Source: Magallana gigas | Taxonomy: Eukaryota | Assembly: GCF_963853765.1 (NCBI RefSeq) | Contig: NC_088857.1 | Coordinates: 9,734,001 to 9,798,000 of the forward strand | Reading direction: 5' to 3' | DNA length: 64,000 bases | In this document: positions 37,221 to 50,300 of the stretch, piece by piece | How the letters are laid out: each line of letters opens with the position of its first letter | Position numbering within the stretch: the stretch's first letter is position 1 | Made by a program: the position numbers and the translations under genes | The notes under the pieces: generated by a model | Told to the model about the DNA's origin: nothing | Database searches by the model: none | The model's input: only the letters and a program-made list of their open reading frames with translations

Positions 37221-38999
37221 TATTTACGAGAGGTTGATACCGTAGCTGATCCATGGAATCAAATAGAAACGAAATTAAACCAGTATGCTTTTTTTTAGTC
37301 AGCTTTTCAATAAAAATATCAATTGAAAAAGTTCAGGTGGCCGAAGCCATTTTTGACTGTCTAAACCTCTTGAAAAGAAAAATACAGCAACTAAGTATAT
37401 AACTAATTACTAAGTAATGGTTAATGACAAAAGAAGTTTATAGAATATTTTATTGTTGGTCAAGAGCTCTCTTTAAAGAATCGAAAAATATTCAAATCGT
37501 AAAGCTCAACCCAAATACCAAATAATGGCTTATGGCTAGAATAGTCACATATTCTAATAGTTAGATAAAACAATAAAACACATTCTTGTATTATAAATAG
37601 CGATAATTTCATTGAATCATACACCAAATTTGACTTTTAATTAAAATTCAATTTTGCCTAAACTATTTCATTAACCTCATATGGTTTATGAACATGTATG
37701 AAAGATGTATAATCGGTCGCTTACCTGAATAGTGAACATTGTCGTTGGGCTTCCTCTGGAAATGAAACAAAAACGCTGGACGCAGCAAAGTATACTCCGA
37801 ATCGATCCACATCTAATCCCGTCACCTCACCTTAAATGTTTTTTGTCTCATACAGCGTTTGCTATTTATTCTTTTCTGTTTTATTCTTAAGGATAGTTCA
37901 CTTATCAAAACACCACGACTTAGCCTTTCATTAAGACAGAGAGCTGTACCTCTGTCGATTATTGTTGGGGAGGGGGTGTGAATTGGCGGACAATGATTTG
38001 CGTGAGATATCGGAATCAGAATTTGAGCACATTTATGTACAGTTGCAAGATTTACGGTAATTTCTTTACCGTTTTGTGAAAATTAAATTCAAATTCCAGT
38101 ATTTTTTGTTCAAGGAGTAATGTATTATATAAGTTTTTTTTTTAAATATTGTTAAATCAAAATTTTTGAATTTGCAATATCTTAATTTTTTTTTACTAAT
38201 GTAACAATATGAATCAATATTTACATCTTAATACAACTTACATTTAAAGGACTTACAATATATTTGAAACAAATTGTTGTATATTCTTTTTTGTTTTTTT
38301 TACCACGATCTGTAATATATTAGGGAAAAAAATCGTCGTCGCCCCAAGGTTGATTAACATGATTCTTATGTTCTCATACGAAAACCTGAATATACGTTCA
38401 ATCAATATCTGCCCTATATAGGATTCGTCGATTCTTTTGAATGCCCTACTTATTCAAACTGAAGCGAATATAATTTGGAGCGTTACGATGAAGTGTGACA
38501 AAATGAGCTTAGGCGTACAAATGTATCAAGTATCAGTGTATCACAGATTTGGGAAATATGAACAAGTATATTGCATTTAACCAGGGTTTATAAGAAGACA
38601 GAACGGAATTTGTTCACGTTTGAGAATAGTTTTACATGTATTAATCACAGATTGTGGGTGCTTATGTCACATATGTCACCCAATTGTGAAGACTACTTGT
38701 ATGTAAAGAAGGAGGCGGTGGCAAGGGAAATCTATAATTAACAATAAGATCCAGTTTCATGTTCGTCCGAACGTGTTTCACGTAAAATCCATGACACTTT
38801 TCTCGCATCTAAAGTCATGCAATAAAAAATGATTCGGTTAAGTTATAAAAATTGACTCCATGAGAAATTGCTTTTACCAAATACATGTACGTTGATTTTG
38901 GGCATTCCGACTATATAGTATATTTTATAGTGCACTGATTTGGCAGTCTATAAACGCTTTTGTACTACATATTTACATGTTCATCAAGTAGACTTTTAA

Positions 39000-40790
39000 T
39001 ATGATAGATATGGCGTTGCTTCATAACAGCAGAAATGAAGGACAACAAACCACGCATTTTAGGAATACGTGAATGTAGATGGATCGGCATATTTTTTTTT
39101 GGGGGGGGGGAAATGACAAATAGCGATGAAGCAATCATTTACTCAGGCAGGAGAGATGGTAGACATCATGAGGGAGTAGCACTTGTTCTGAGAAAAGTAG
39201 CAGCTAGGTCCTTGATAGAATACCATCCTGTTAGTGAGAGAATGACAAGGGCGAGACTCAACACAAAGCCTATTAAGACATCTGTCATACAAGTCTACTC
39301 TCCTACAAATGAGGTAAAGACCAAACAAAACTATACTTCTATGATGCATTAAAGGCTGAGCTAGAAAAGATTCCAAAACATGATTTAACCATCATCGTGG
39401 GATATTTTGTTGCAAAAGTAGGCTAAGACGACACCGGATATGAACGAGTCATGGGAAATTAAGGTAGTGGTACTAGCAGTGTTGTTTGGTGACAACTGGA
39501 ACATTATTTCCACTCAAAAAAATACACAAGTTGACATGGGTATCACCTGGAAGAAGAGACAAAATTCATGCAGTTAGACCATATTGTTGTAAATGGAGAA
39601 GATCGCTTCAGGATGTTAGTGTTAGGCAGTGATCGACAGCTAGTAACTACAGATTTCAAAATTAAGCTGATGAAAACAGTACTCAAATGCAACAGGAAAA
39701 GATTTGACACTTAGTAGAGAGCTAAGTGACATCAAAACCAAGCAAGATTTTAGATTGGTGTTAAAACCAGGATCGGGTTATTCATAACACTGGATAACTT
39801 TAACCACTGGTTAAATCCCTTATCCAGTGGTTAAATTTTGACAAGTGCATGATTAAACTATGTTTCTCAATTGTTAACTCCTGGCTCAATTGCTTAAACA
39901 GTGGTTAACTTTTGGCTAAAGTTAACCATTCTGCAAAGCTGGGTTAAATCTTTTCACCGGTGGTTAAATATGGCTGCTATAGGTTATTGTTTGACATTAA
40001 CTTTGGCAGACGACAAAAGAAACAGCGAATTTATAGACATTTAAGTCATAAGATGAGGTGGAATATAAAGAAAGGTACAGGTTTTCCATGGATTCGGTAA
40101 GATTCATCACAGATATCATAGAACCAGAATTATGCCGCCCCACCCTGAGGAGTAATTCCCTGTCTGCTATAAATCAAGTTGAAATTGCTTTAAGGTACTT
40201 TGCCACAGGGGATAATATGTAAACTGTGGGGGTCCAGATTTCATATCCACAAAGGAGTAATTTTGATAAAAACAGGTAGACATGCAAGCACTGGCAAAAA
40301 GTGAAGTATACGTTTAACGATGCATTAAGCGAAAGAGTTATAAGTTTAAGAAAGCAAGTGCATAAAGAATAGATACCAGGTACATGGAAGCTCGTTGACA
40401 ACAGAAAAGAACTAAAGAAAGGGCTTTGTAACACACATTCAGAAAGAATCAATGAGAAACTGAGGGAACAATGCTCAAACAGTGATAGAGAGTAAAGAAG
40501 GCCACTAAGAGGAACCTTGAAGTTACTGGACAGACGAGATTGATTGGTCACGTCTAAAGAATCCAACAAACGATATTACAAGAGTGACACTAAGAGGGAC
40601 CCAGAAGGGAAATGGAGAAAAGATCAACATGGAGGCGAACTGCTGCAAAAGAACTCTGAAAGACATGAACCTTGCCTGGTGAGAGGTGGAAAGGATAGCT
40701 AAGAACAGAAATGAATGGAAACCCGTAGTCCTTACCCTATGTACCTCAGAATGCAACAAGGACTATAGGTAATAGGTAGGTGGGTAGGTA
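39000..40790 (+). mobile_element. Degenerate, internally deleted RTE-clade LINE: endonuclease, linker and 3' end retained, RT domain missing
   Basis: EMKDNKPRILGIRECRW...IIYSG...HHEGVAL...PVSERMTRAR...VIQVYSPTN (APE endonuclease); TWKLVDNRKELKK...SER linker; TWRRT...NLAW.EVERIAKNRNEWK..V..LC C-terminus; (TAGG)-like tail. Many stops and frameshifts. Confidence 0.85.
39770..40235 (+). mobile_element. 5' fragment of a PIF/Harbinger transposon nested in the LINE
   Basis: DEVEYKERYRFSMDSVRFITDIIEPELCRPTLRSNSLSAINQVEIALRYFATG (HARBI1-type N-terminal motif) followed by a stop; interrupts the LINE reading. Confidence 0.75.
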
Positions 40791-40983
40791 CTTCATAATT
40801 ATAGGTGTGCATGGTAGCATTGTATTGCTTTCTGACTACATGCTATGTAAAAATTACGTCACAAAGTATGATTTGGACTTAATAAATATGTTTTCGACCA
40901 TATGTTATACATGAAAACATGCTGAACTTTATATATTTTACAAAGATTGATGAACAAGTTCTACAGCTTATATGAATATTGGT

Positions 40984-41137
40984 GAGGATGCATGTCAGCG
41001 CGAAGATGTCATTGATGTAAGAGAGCTGGATTGCCCGGAGAAAACCCATGTGTCCAAGCGAACACCATACGGTATTACCCGTCGATCACGGAGATCAAAC
41101 TCGGGTTGCAGCGAGTGCATTGTCCACTGCGCTACAT
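40984..41137 (-). mobile_element. tRNA-derived SINE fragment
   Basis: Minus strand: A box TAGCGCAGTGG, B-box-like GAGTTTGATCTCC, then GGGTTTTCTCCGGGCA central-domain motif common in invertebrate SINEs. Confidence 0.7.
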
Positions 41138-42689
41138 GATGTAAATATGCAGGCGACTTAAATCAGTTAATACTCGTGGTTGTTTTTAAAAGATGCTAAA
41201 ATTGTAGTAATTATAGAAATAGAATATTACACAAACATTTCCATTTAAACTAATCAAAATACCATATATCTGTCATGATTACTTGAAATAAGCGTCAGTC
41301 ATCACCAGCTGTGCAGTAGTGGTGAAATGATTAAGATTATTCAGGTTACTAAGGAAGTCACTACTCTTTCTTATTTTTTCTGTTTATTGAACATATACAC
41401 AGCCAAAACATGTCAGGTATCCAAAATCTCAGACAGCAATTTACTTGTATTGTTGACGCTCTTGAAAATCAATTTTCTTTGCGAGTTTTATTATTGAGTT
41501 CCATCAATATTCAATGAACGAAGCGAGTCTCAAACTACGATGTACTTTTAATGTTTACAAAATATAAACCCGTAAAAAATGTCAAGAATATGTGAATTTT
41601 AACAAATTGAAATTATGATCATTGATGTGATCAGCTCTAAAAAAAAAAAAAAAAAACCCCAACAAACTCCTATTATCTGGGTATAGGCTACATATTTAAA
41701 AATAAAGCAATCGATCGGAACATGTACACGAGACTCCGGAGTTATTATAGTTACGTCCAAAGAGTGAGTAACAAATTATAAATAAATATGAGTTATAACA
41801 TTAATAATGGTTTATATCTGACGACAAAACAATTGCATGGTGTCATTGAAAACATATATATTATTATCCTCGTTAACATAAATATTTATGTCTCTGATTA
41901 AACTTAACAAACAACTTTAATTATTAATTTTTGCGAACTTCCTAATCTTAACTTAAGAAATTACAATTCATACGATAGGGCCTAGTACTAAATCTTACGC
42001 TTAAATATAAATAATTTATAATCCTATGAGAGAGAAACTAAATGCAATTGGCATTTATTTCAATATTTAAAGGGAATAATTCAAAATGGGATGAATTACA
42101 CATGTTGATGATCATTAAAAGATATAAAACGAGATTTAAAAATGAAACGACATTGTCATACCGTTCATTAAGTATTCCGGATCGAGTTTGTTTGGTTTTT
42201 ATTTTTATATTCGAGCACTTCCGCTGAAGAAAGAGGTTACAGGACGATTTTTGAGGTTTAACTTGAACTTAGGTTTATACGCGGTTAGGACTTTTCTCAA
42301 CGAAATGCTACAGCCATGCTTAACGTTACAGACTTAAGCTCATTCGACTGATTGTGTTATTGGTAAACAATCAAGTGCTTAATCATAATGCATGCATTTT
42401 TGTTTCATCATTTAACACCGTTAGCCGCCAGGCCACATGACAACAATTCATAATTGTGGCGGATCCAAGTATCCCCAACCAATATTGGTAAATGACAAAT
42501 ATCTGCAAAAAAAAATAAATAAATATTTTAATTGATGATATGGCCTGGAGTGCAGCCTTGATTTTTATAGTAGCTTAGCAGCAAAACTGTAGTTAACTAG
42601 TCATAAAAAACTTTGGATGGACAAACGTAGAGCTTAGACTATGGTCACCCATCTGAATTTTTTTTACTAGTTGAGAGTTACAATACATT

Positions 42690-44298
42690 TACCTGAGCCC
42701 TGAGGTTGGCTTATGCTCAGGCTTGAATGCAGAATCTGAGTCATAAGTTTTGGATGCTTGATGAGGTTAAGGTTTTTGAGTTGGTTAAAGTTTTTGGAGC
42801 AGGTCAGTGGCGTAGCTACCTTTTAATTTACTGTATTCAAAAAAAGGTAGGGGGTCTGGGGGCCGCTTTGAGGCCATCAGCGGGTCCAGGGCAGAGCCCT
42901 GGTGGGGGCCCAGGGGGCGAAGCCCCTGGAAGCTCCTGGATTTTATGTTATTTGAATGACAAAACAGCCTTAAAAATATGACATTTTTAAGTATTATGAT
43001 TCCAATAAATATGAACAAAAGTTGCTGAATTCCGAGACAAACGTTATTTACCTAGTACTCTTCGAATATTTTCTTTAAAATTTCAAGACCCCGATGCTCT
43101 TGGATTTTAGGTTTTAGCTTTTAGATTTACAGGCTTTTGGTGATGAGATATTGTCTCAAAATGTTACAATTTTACATACTGTATGTGTAAGGGAAATATT
43201 GAATTTTAAAAGAACGTGTAATTATATATGAAACACTGATACCCCAGCGGAAACAAACTGCATATGACTAAAGATAATAATAGGCGTTTTGAAACAGGTC
43301 TATTATTCAAACCGTAACTTGCTTACCTAAATGACAAATTTTTGATCAAGTTTATCACAATGTATCGTGACTTCGTCAAAATTTTAATCACCCGACGGCC
43401 GACTTTAAATTACATGTAAGTATAGACTGACAGAATACAATTACGGACAAACACTCAAAACTTGATGTGTTTTCAGATTTTAGTATGAATATTTAAACTT
43501 GAAAGGAGTTAAAAGTTTAAATAAGTTTATTGTAGATCATTCTTTAAGCCAATAACATGAAAGTCAAAGGTATAGCTCGTCCATATTAATTTATGATTCA
43601 AACGAGCTTCCAAGTAATTTTAATGTAAAGTATGGAATGACGGTATTTTCCGGAATCGTAGTACCGTAATTGCATGGTTTACGTTGAGAACTGAATACTA
43701 AATGTGCAGATTATAATGCAGTGGAGTCTCAATACGATTTGTTTACGTGCAAACAATAGGAAACTCAAATCATAAGACCTATGCTTTGCAAAATTTTGTG
43801 TATTCAATTGCGTTTTTGCGTAAAGGGCGCTACGCCACTGCAGGTGCCCTCTGAAGATTATGTTAATATTTAGTTATTACTGGTCCTAACTTCACCAAAC
43901 TTACATAAATGGTGCATCTAATGAATCTGATGCCCTCCACAGGCAAGGCTGCTGAATCAGAGCCATAGGTTTCAGATGCTGGATGAGGTTTAGTTTTTTG
44001 GAACAGGTCACATGTTTAATAGATAATAGTACTATTTCAAACTTGTATGGTTAATTTACCTATAATATAAATGAATCACATTTATTGCTTTGAATTGTAT
44101 ATTACAATATTGTATGAAATAAACATCTGATTATCAAGCATTTTTTAACATATAATATATGATAATGTGTCAAACCCCACTACAGTATCCATGAATATCC
44201 AAGATCATTAACTACGATTTTCATATAATATGACAATGTGGTCTCATAAAGGTGATGCCCCGTCTCAGTGAACTTTGTAATCTTTGATTACCTATGTT
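42690..44298 (+). mobile_element. 5'-truncated Helentron-like element of the same family as 45797-48114, interrupted by a hAT-like insertion
   Basis: Shares the core unit (GCTGAATCTGAG..CAGATGCTGGA..GGTTAAAGTTTTTG) and the 3' end (GGTCTCATAAAGGTGATG..GTCTC.GTGA.CTTTGTAATCT.TGATTACCTATGTT). Confidence 0.75.
42805..43840. mobile_element. 1036-bp hAT-like MITE with 12-bp TIRs and an apparent 5-bp TSD (CAGGT)
   Basis: CAGGT|CAGTGGCGTAGC...GCTACGCCACTG|CAGGT. The host repeat (GCAGGTGCCC) is restored on removal. Internal GC-rich GGGGCGAAGCCCC hairpin. Confidence 0.8.
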
Positions 44299-44352
44299 TA
44301 ATTTTTTGTTCTAATATGTTTCTTGCATATTTTCAGAATTCAGCATCCTCAC

Positions 44353-47300
44353 ATGCATTTTATCACAATAAGATCAATTTTGATGCATGCATACACCTAC
44401 TACCCTGTAGCTGACATCATGAACAAGGACGTCAAAGACATCCAAACGATAGACCCTGTCTGGAAACAGATGACCGAGAAACTGGTTTGTTCTTATAATA
44501 TATTTTAATTTCTAATGAGTTTAGATATTTGAATGGTGTGAAATTAAAGAATTTTGTTGTAAATTGCATTACATTCCAAAAAAGAAGGAATAAGACAATA
44601 ATTTTTTTACTTTAAGCTGAAATTGAATTAGAGTTGCCAAAATGAAATTCGTATGAAAAAATGGAATTGGTAAAAACTATGAGAGCTAACTTGAAGATAA
44701 TTAGGACATGTACATGTATCTCTTAATCTCTCAAAATCAACAAATTTTGTTAGTTGTCAGTGCAGCTTTATCATGATTATTGCTTACATTAATACAGAAG
44801 TGTAATGTTCTGTATCATACATCCTTCTGTTTCATCAATATTTTGTTTTATAACTTAATTTCCTACACAGTGTGGAGACTTTCAAAAGTCAGGAGGAGAA
44901 ATGATTGTTGTTGCAAGCCAGCCCCAAAGACAGATGTATGCCTGCTGTACATCCAATGCAAGGGAACCAATGCTGAAAAACTTCAAAACCTTCAAAGAAT
45001 GCTTGCAAATTCCACCAAGTAAGTAATGCTGAAGATAGTATCAAGAGAAATTGTGAATCAGCCAAATATATGGTTTTTAGCTTATCTGAACTGATCACTT
45101 GTGAACACTGTATAGTTAATTCTAATATACTGGTTGTCATTCCTTCTGTCATTTTCATTTTCTTCTTCTCCAGAACTACTGACAATTTCAATTAGACTTG
45201 GTATTGAGTTAAGGACTTTCCAGATTTTTCAAACCCTCTTCTAAGGGGGAGATAATTAAGTGTAAAGGAATGGAAGGAATGACCACAAGTGGACTTGAAC
45301 CCATACCCTTTACTTTAAAACCAACGCTCTATTGATGAAGCTAAAGGTATAGATAGTGCTGGTAGAAGCGTGGCATTACTGAGTCTATTAAACACATGCA
45401 CATAAGAAATAAGGAAACAGTATTTTTAATACATATATTTCATGAACAAAATGGATGGTACATGTAATACTAAAACTTAAACACAAGCTGTCTTGTATGT
45501 GGTACAATCAACTTTCTCTGAATCATTTTCTCCTTGGCCTGAGAAGAGCTGAAATACAGGTTTTAAAGTTCATGATTGCATTAAGTTTTATGTTCATTTT
45601 AGTCTTTACTTTATTTTATTGTACTGTGTTTGAAATAGTATAGCTAGGTAAGTTTTACTTACCTATAGCTATACTATTTCAAACACAATACAATACAATA
45701 AAATAAAGTAAATAATTTACTTACTAAGTAAATGTAATTTTATCAGAATTGAACATATTGATCAGGAAAGAGATGTTAAGTTTTACTAAATGTAGTTTTT
45801 AGCTCACCGAGACGAAGTCAGGGGGAGCTTATGCTATACCCTCGGCGTCGGCGTCGGTGTCGGCGTCGGAGTCAGCGTCCGGACCTGGTTAAAGTTTTTG
45901 TTGCAGGTCCTGTATCTAAGCTATTACTTGTCCTATCTTCACCAAACTTGCATGGATGATGCATCTGGACCTACTTATGGACTTGAAAGACTTGGATGCT
46001 GAATCTGAGTCCTAAATTTCAGATGCTGGAGGAGGTTAAGGTTGTTGGACCAGGTTAAAGTTTTTGTTGCAGGTGCCCTTTGATAGCAATATCTAAGTTA
46101 CTGCAGGTCCGTACTTCACCAAACTTGCATGGATGGTGTGTCTTATGATACTGATGCACCAGACAGGCTTGAGTGCTGAATCTGAGCTATAGGTTTCGGA
46201 TGCTGGAGGAGGTTAAGGTTTATGGACCTGGTTAAAGTTTTTGTTGCAGGTGCCCTCTGATGATTATATCTTAGTTACTGCTGGTCCGTACTTCACCAGA
46301 CTTCCATAGATGGTGTGTCTTATGATACTGATGCACCAGACAGGCTTGAATGCTGAATCTGAGCCATACGTTTCGGATGTTTTTAATAGATAATAGTACT
46401 TTTTCAAACTTGCATAGTTGATTAAACTGTAGTATGAATGAATCACAGATGAAGCTTCAGATGTCGAGCTTGATCTCCAATATCAAGGATGCTAAAAAAT
46501 ATATCTCAGTTATTACAGGTCCTAACTTCACCAAACTTGAATGGATGGTGTGTCTTATGATACAGATGCACCAAACAGGCATGATTGTTGAATCTGAGCC
46601 ATAGGTTGCAGATGCTGGAGCAGGTTAAGGTTTTAATTTCTAGTGCCCTCTGATGATGATATCTTAGTTATTACTGGTCTGAACTTCACCAAACTTGCAT
46701 GGAGCTGCGTCTTATGTATACTGATGCACCTGACACGCTTGAATGCTGAATCTGAGCCATAGGTTTCTGATGCTGGATGAGGTTTAGTTTTTTTGGAACA
46801 GGTCACATGTTTTATAGATGATAGCTTGCATAGTTGATTTAACTATATTATAAATGAAACGCAGAGGTTGCTTCAGATGCAGAGCCTGATCTCCATTATC
46901 AAGGATGCTAAAGAAATCTCCTACCTCACTCAAACCTGCTCGATAGATAGATGTGTTTGTTGATAAATGATATAACATGATTCCTATGATAAAGTGTTGT
47001 ATGGTATGAAACGATATTGTTTAATATGATACAATATAATATCATATGTAATATTATAAAAAGTTATATGATACGATATGATATTGTATAATTTTTTTTG
47101 ATATGTAATGATATTATATCATGATATCGTTATGTATAGTATTGTATATTATGATACAATATTGTATAATATTATATTGTATTATTAATTTATTTTCTAA
47201 TCACATGATACTATTACATCAGATATTGCAAAATATAATATTGTATATTGATACTATATTGTATATTCTATAATATTGTATCATACGATTTTGCATGATA

Positions 47301-50300
47301 TGATATTAGTTTCTGTAATAGAGAATTATATCACATGAAATTGTATAATATGATACTGTTATATTATATAATATCGTATCATACGATATTGTATAATATG
47401 ATATTGGTTTATAATATGATATTTATCACATCACATGAAATTGTATTGTATGATATTGTAAAATATATTATTGTATCATATGATACCATATGTATAATAA
47501 AATATTGTATTATATAATATTTTACTTTATCACATAAAATTGTATCATTTGATATGTTACAATGTTGTATCAAATTATGTTGTATCATATGATACAATAT
47601 CATATTATGTATCATAAATGATACGGTATTATAAAATATCATACTTTATTATGCAATATAATATCATATGTTTCAATGTTATGATGTATTATGTAATATG
47701 ATATTGTAATATAATACTATATTATATTGTTTTATATATTATGATATTGTATTATTTGATCAAATACAATAACGTATAACACAATACAATGTCATATCAT
47801 ACGTTACAATATCATATCTCATCATTGTTTATTATGGTATTTTATTGTATTATATGATATATGTTGTAAATATGATAGGATGCAATATTTAATTTAAGTT
47901 TATATTATTGTATTGATTAACATATAAACATATGATTATCATTCAATTTTTTAACAGATGATATACGATATTGTGTCAAAACAGAATCCATGAATATCCA
48001 GAATCATAAAGTATGATTTTCATTTAATATGATAAAGATGGTCTCATAAAGGTGAAATCTCATAAGGGTGATGTCTCGTCTCGGTGAGCTTTGTAATCTG
48101 TGATTACCTATGTTTCTGTATAATGGTGATCTATAAGAATCTCATTATATCAATTTATATTTAAAAATTAATAAGTTTCCAATACAAAAAATAATACACT
48201 CCAAATTTTTTTAAAGGATCATCCAAGCCATCATTAGTCTTAAAGAAGGCAGCTAAGAGAAATTGTTCCTTGTGCTCAGCAGTCTGTGAAGAGCAAGATA
48301 TGAGAGACTGCAAACCAGAGGATGCCAAGTACGTACTGGGCATTGACGTTCCACAGAATAGTAGGATATGCGGAGACTGTTCAGACAGTATACAAAAGTA
48401 CCAGGATTTCAAGAAAATGGTCATAAGAAAACAAAACAGCTCAAAGATTAACTCGGATGAAAAAGCAGTTTCTACAACCCTAGAGAAGGTAACACCAGGA
48501 AATAAAAATGTGATTCAAAAACCTACGAGTGAAGTACATGTAGTTAAGGAATGTAAAAATGACAGTGAGAGTCAGTATTCAGATGAATATTGCAGCATTG
48601 ATTCAGATATGTCTGGAGAAATGGAACATCATGAGGAGTTAAAAGAAGCAGAGAAATGTGACAAAAAGAAACAAACCACAATTTCTGCAAAATCGGAAAT
48701 CAAGCAAAGTAGACCTGTCACGAGATCAAGTTTGAGAGAAACCAAAAAACAAAATGAATCAAAACAGATTGTTGCCAAGAAACGTAAAGAAGTATCCCCA
48801 GTTAGTGAGGTTACAAGGCCCATCAGGAAAAAAACGCCCTTAATTTTGTCTAAGGAGAATGAAGCAGAAACCAAAATGCCCATAGGAAATGAAAACCAAA
48901 ATTTGACCCAGAGGGTATCAAAATATTGCACACCTGCTAAAACCAATGTTGAACCTATGAAATCAAATACCAGCAGAAAGACAAGATCCAGCACGGGGAC
49001 TCCTGAAAACTCAAAGACAGTTAGTATCCCAGAAAAGCAGAAAGCACCAAGCTCTTCAGGGTTGAGTATTGAAAAACGAAAATCTTCTCCCAGACTGATA
49101 GCGCCAAAACCCATTGGAACAAATTCTTTATCAAGTTTGGCAGCAGCAGCAGCTTCTATTGAAGAAGCAGGTTCAGTAGATGAAAAGGTATCAGTAAAGA
49201 AAACACAATTGTCAAATGCATCAGAAAAGCTGAAAATTACCTGTACCGCATCTGGTTCATTGAAAGATACTACCGTTAGTACTTCATCCAGTGTAAACCT
49301 GATTTTGGTTGGGGGACCTGATCAATTTCAGCTTGTTCAGCCATTGACAGAAAAAGGACCATTAGCTCTTGATGAGATGGTAGTTTTATCCAACCACTTG
49401 CAGTCACAGTCTGAGGGAATCATTAATCCACCCGCAGCTACTCATCAAACTGGAAAAATTTCGATTCCATCATGTGAGTCAAACCTGTTCAGCATTTCTT
49501 CCATAGTTCCTAGTTTGCTGGACAAGTCCAAGAGCTCATCGACAGTGCTGACAACTGCATCAACTAGTGTTGTTTCCACTCCAGAAAGACCATCAGCCAT
49601 GAATTCTGTTGAACAAAACACTGCTGATAATACATGTAGTTATACATCTTCAGGAATGGTTAAAATTTTACAACCTCAGACAAATTCAGACTACAAATTA
49701 CCAACCAAGCAGTCTTGTAAACCTGGGGAACGTCCTTTAGCTCCAAAGATAAATGCTTCGAAAGATTCAGAAGAGAGAATTGCTGGCACATTGAACAGTG
49801 CAAAAGCGGCACAAGCAGTTCCAATTTCAACACCTCTTCAAACTGTAGTAATCGTTGGTGCACCAAACTTGATGACACCTGCACTCAATACAAATAATGC
49901 TGGTTTAATGCTTTCATCCTCACAAGTTCTTACACAAACAATATCTACATCGCGATCGTTATTTGGGAACACTGTTGCCATATCTACATCATCAAATTCT
50001 GGAACAAAACCAGCCAATCCTATGCCTGCATCATCAAATTCAGGAACAAAACCAGCCAATCTAATGCCTGCATTATCAAATTCTAGAACAAAACTAGCCA
50101 ATCCTATGCCTGCATCATCAAATTCTGGAACAAACTCAGCCGATCCTATGTCTGCATCATCAAATTCTGGAACAAACTCAGCCAATCCTTTGCCTGCTTT
50201 ATTGAATTCATTAACAATACCAGCCAATCACACGCCTGTATTATTGAATTCAGGAGCACAAGCAGCAATGCGCCGTTTCCTTCTGCATCCTGAAAAGAAA

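Noticed and set aside
47335-47642. Ile/Tyr-rich ORFs in the AT-rich tract
   Set aside because: Products of low-complexity repeat inside a transposon.
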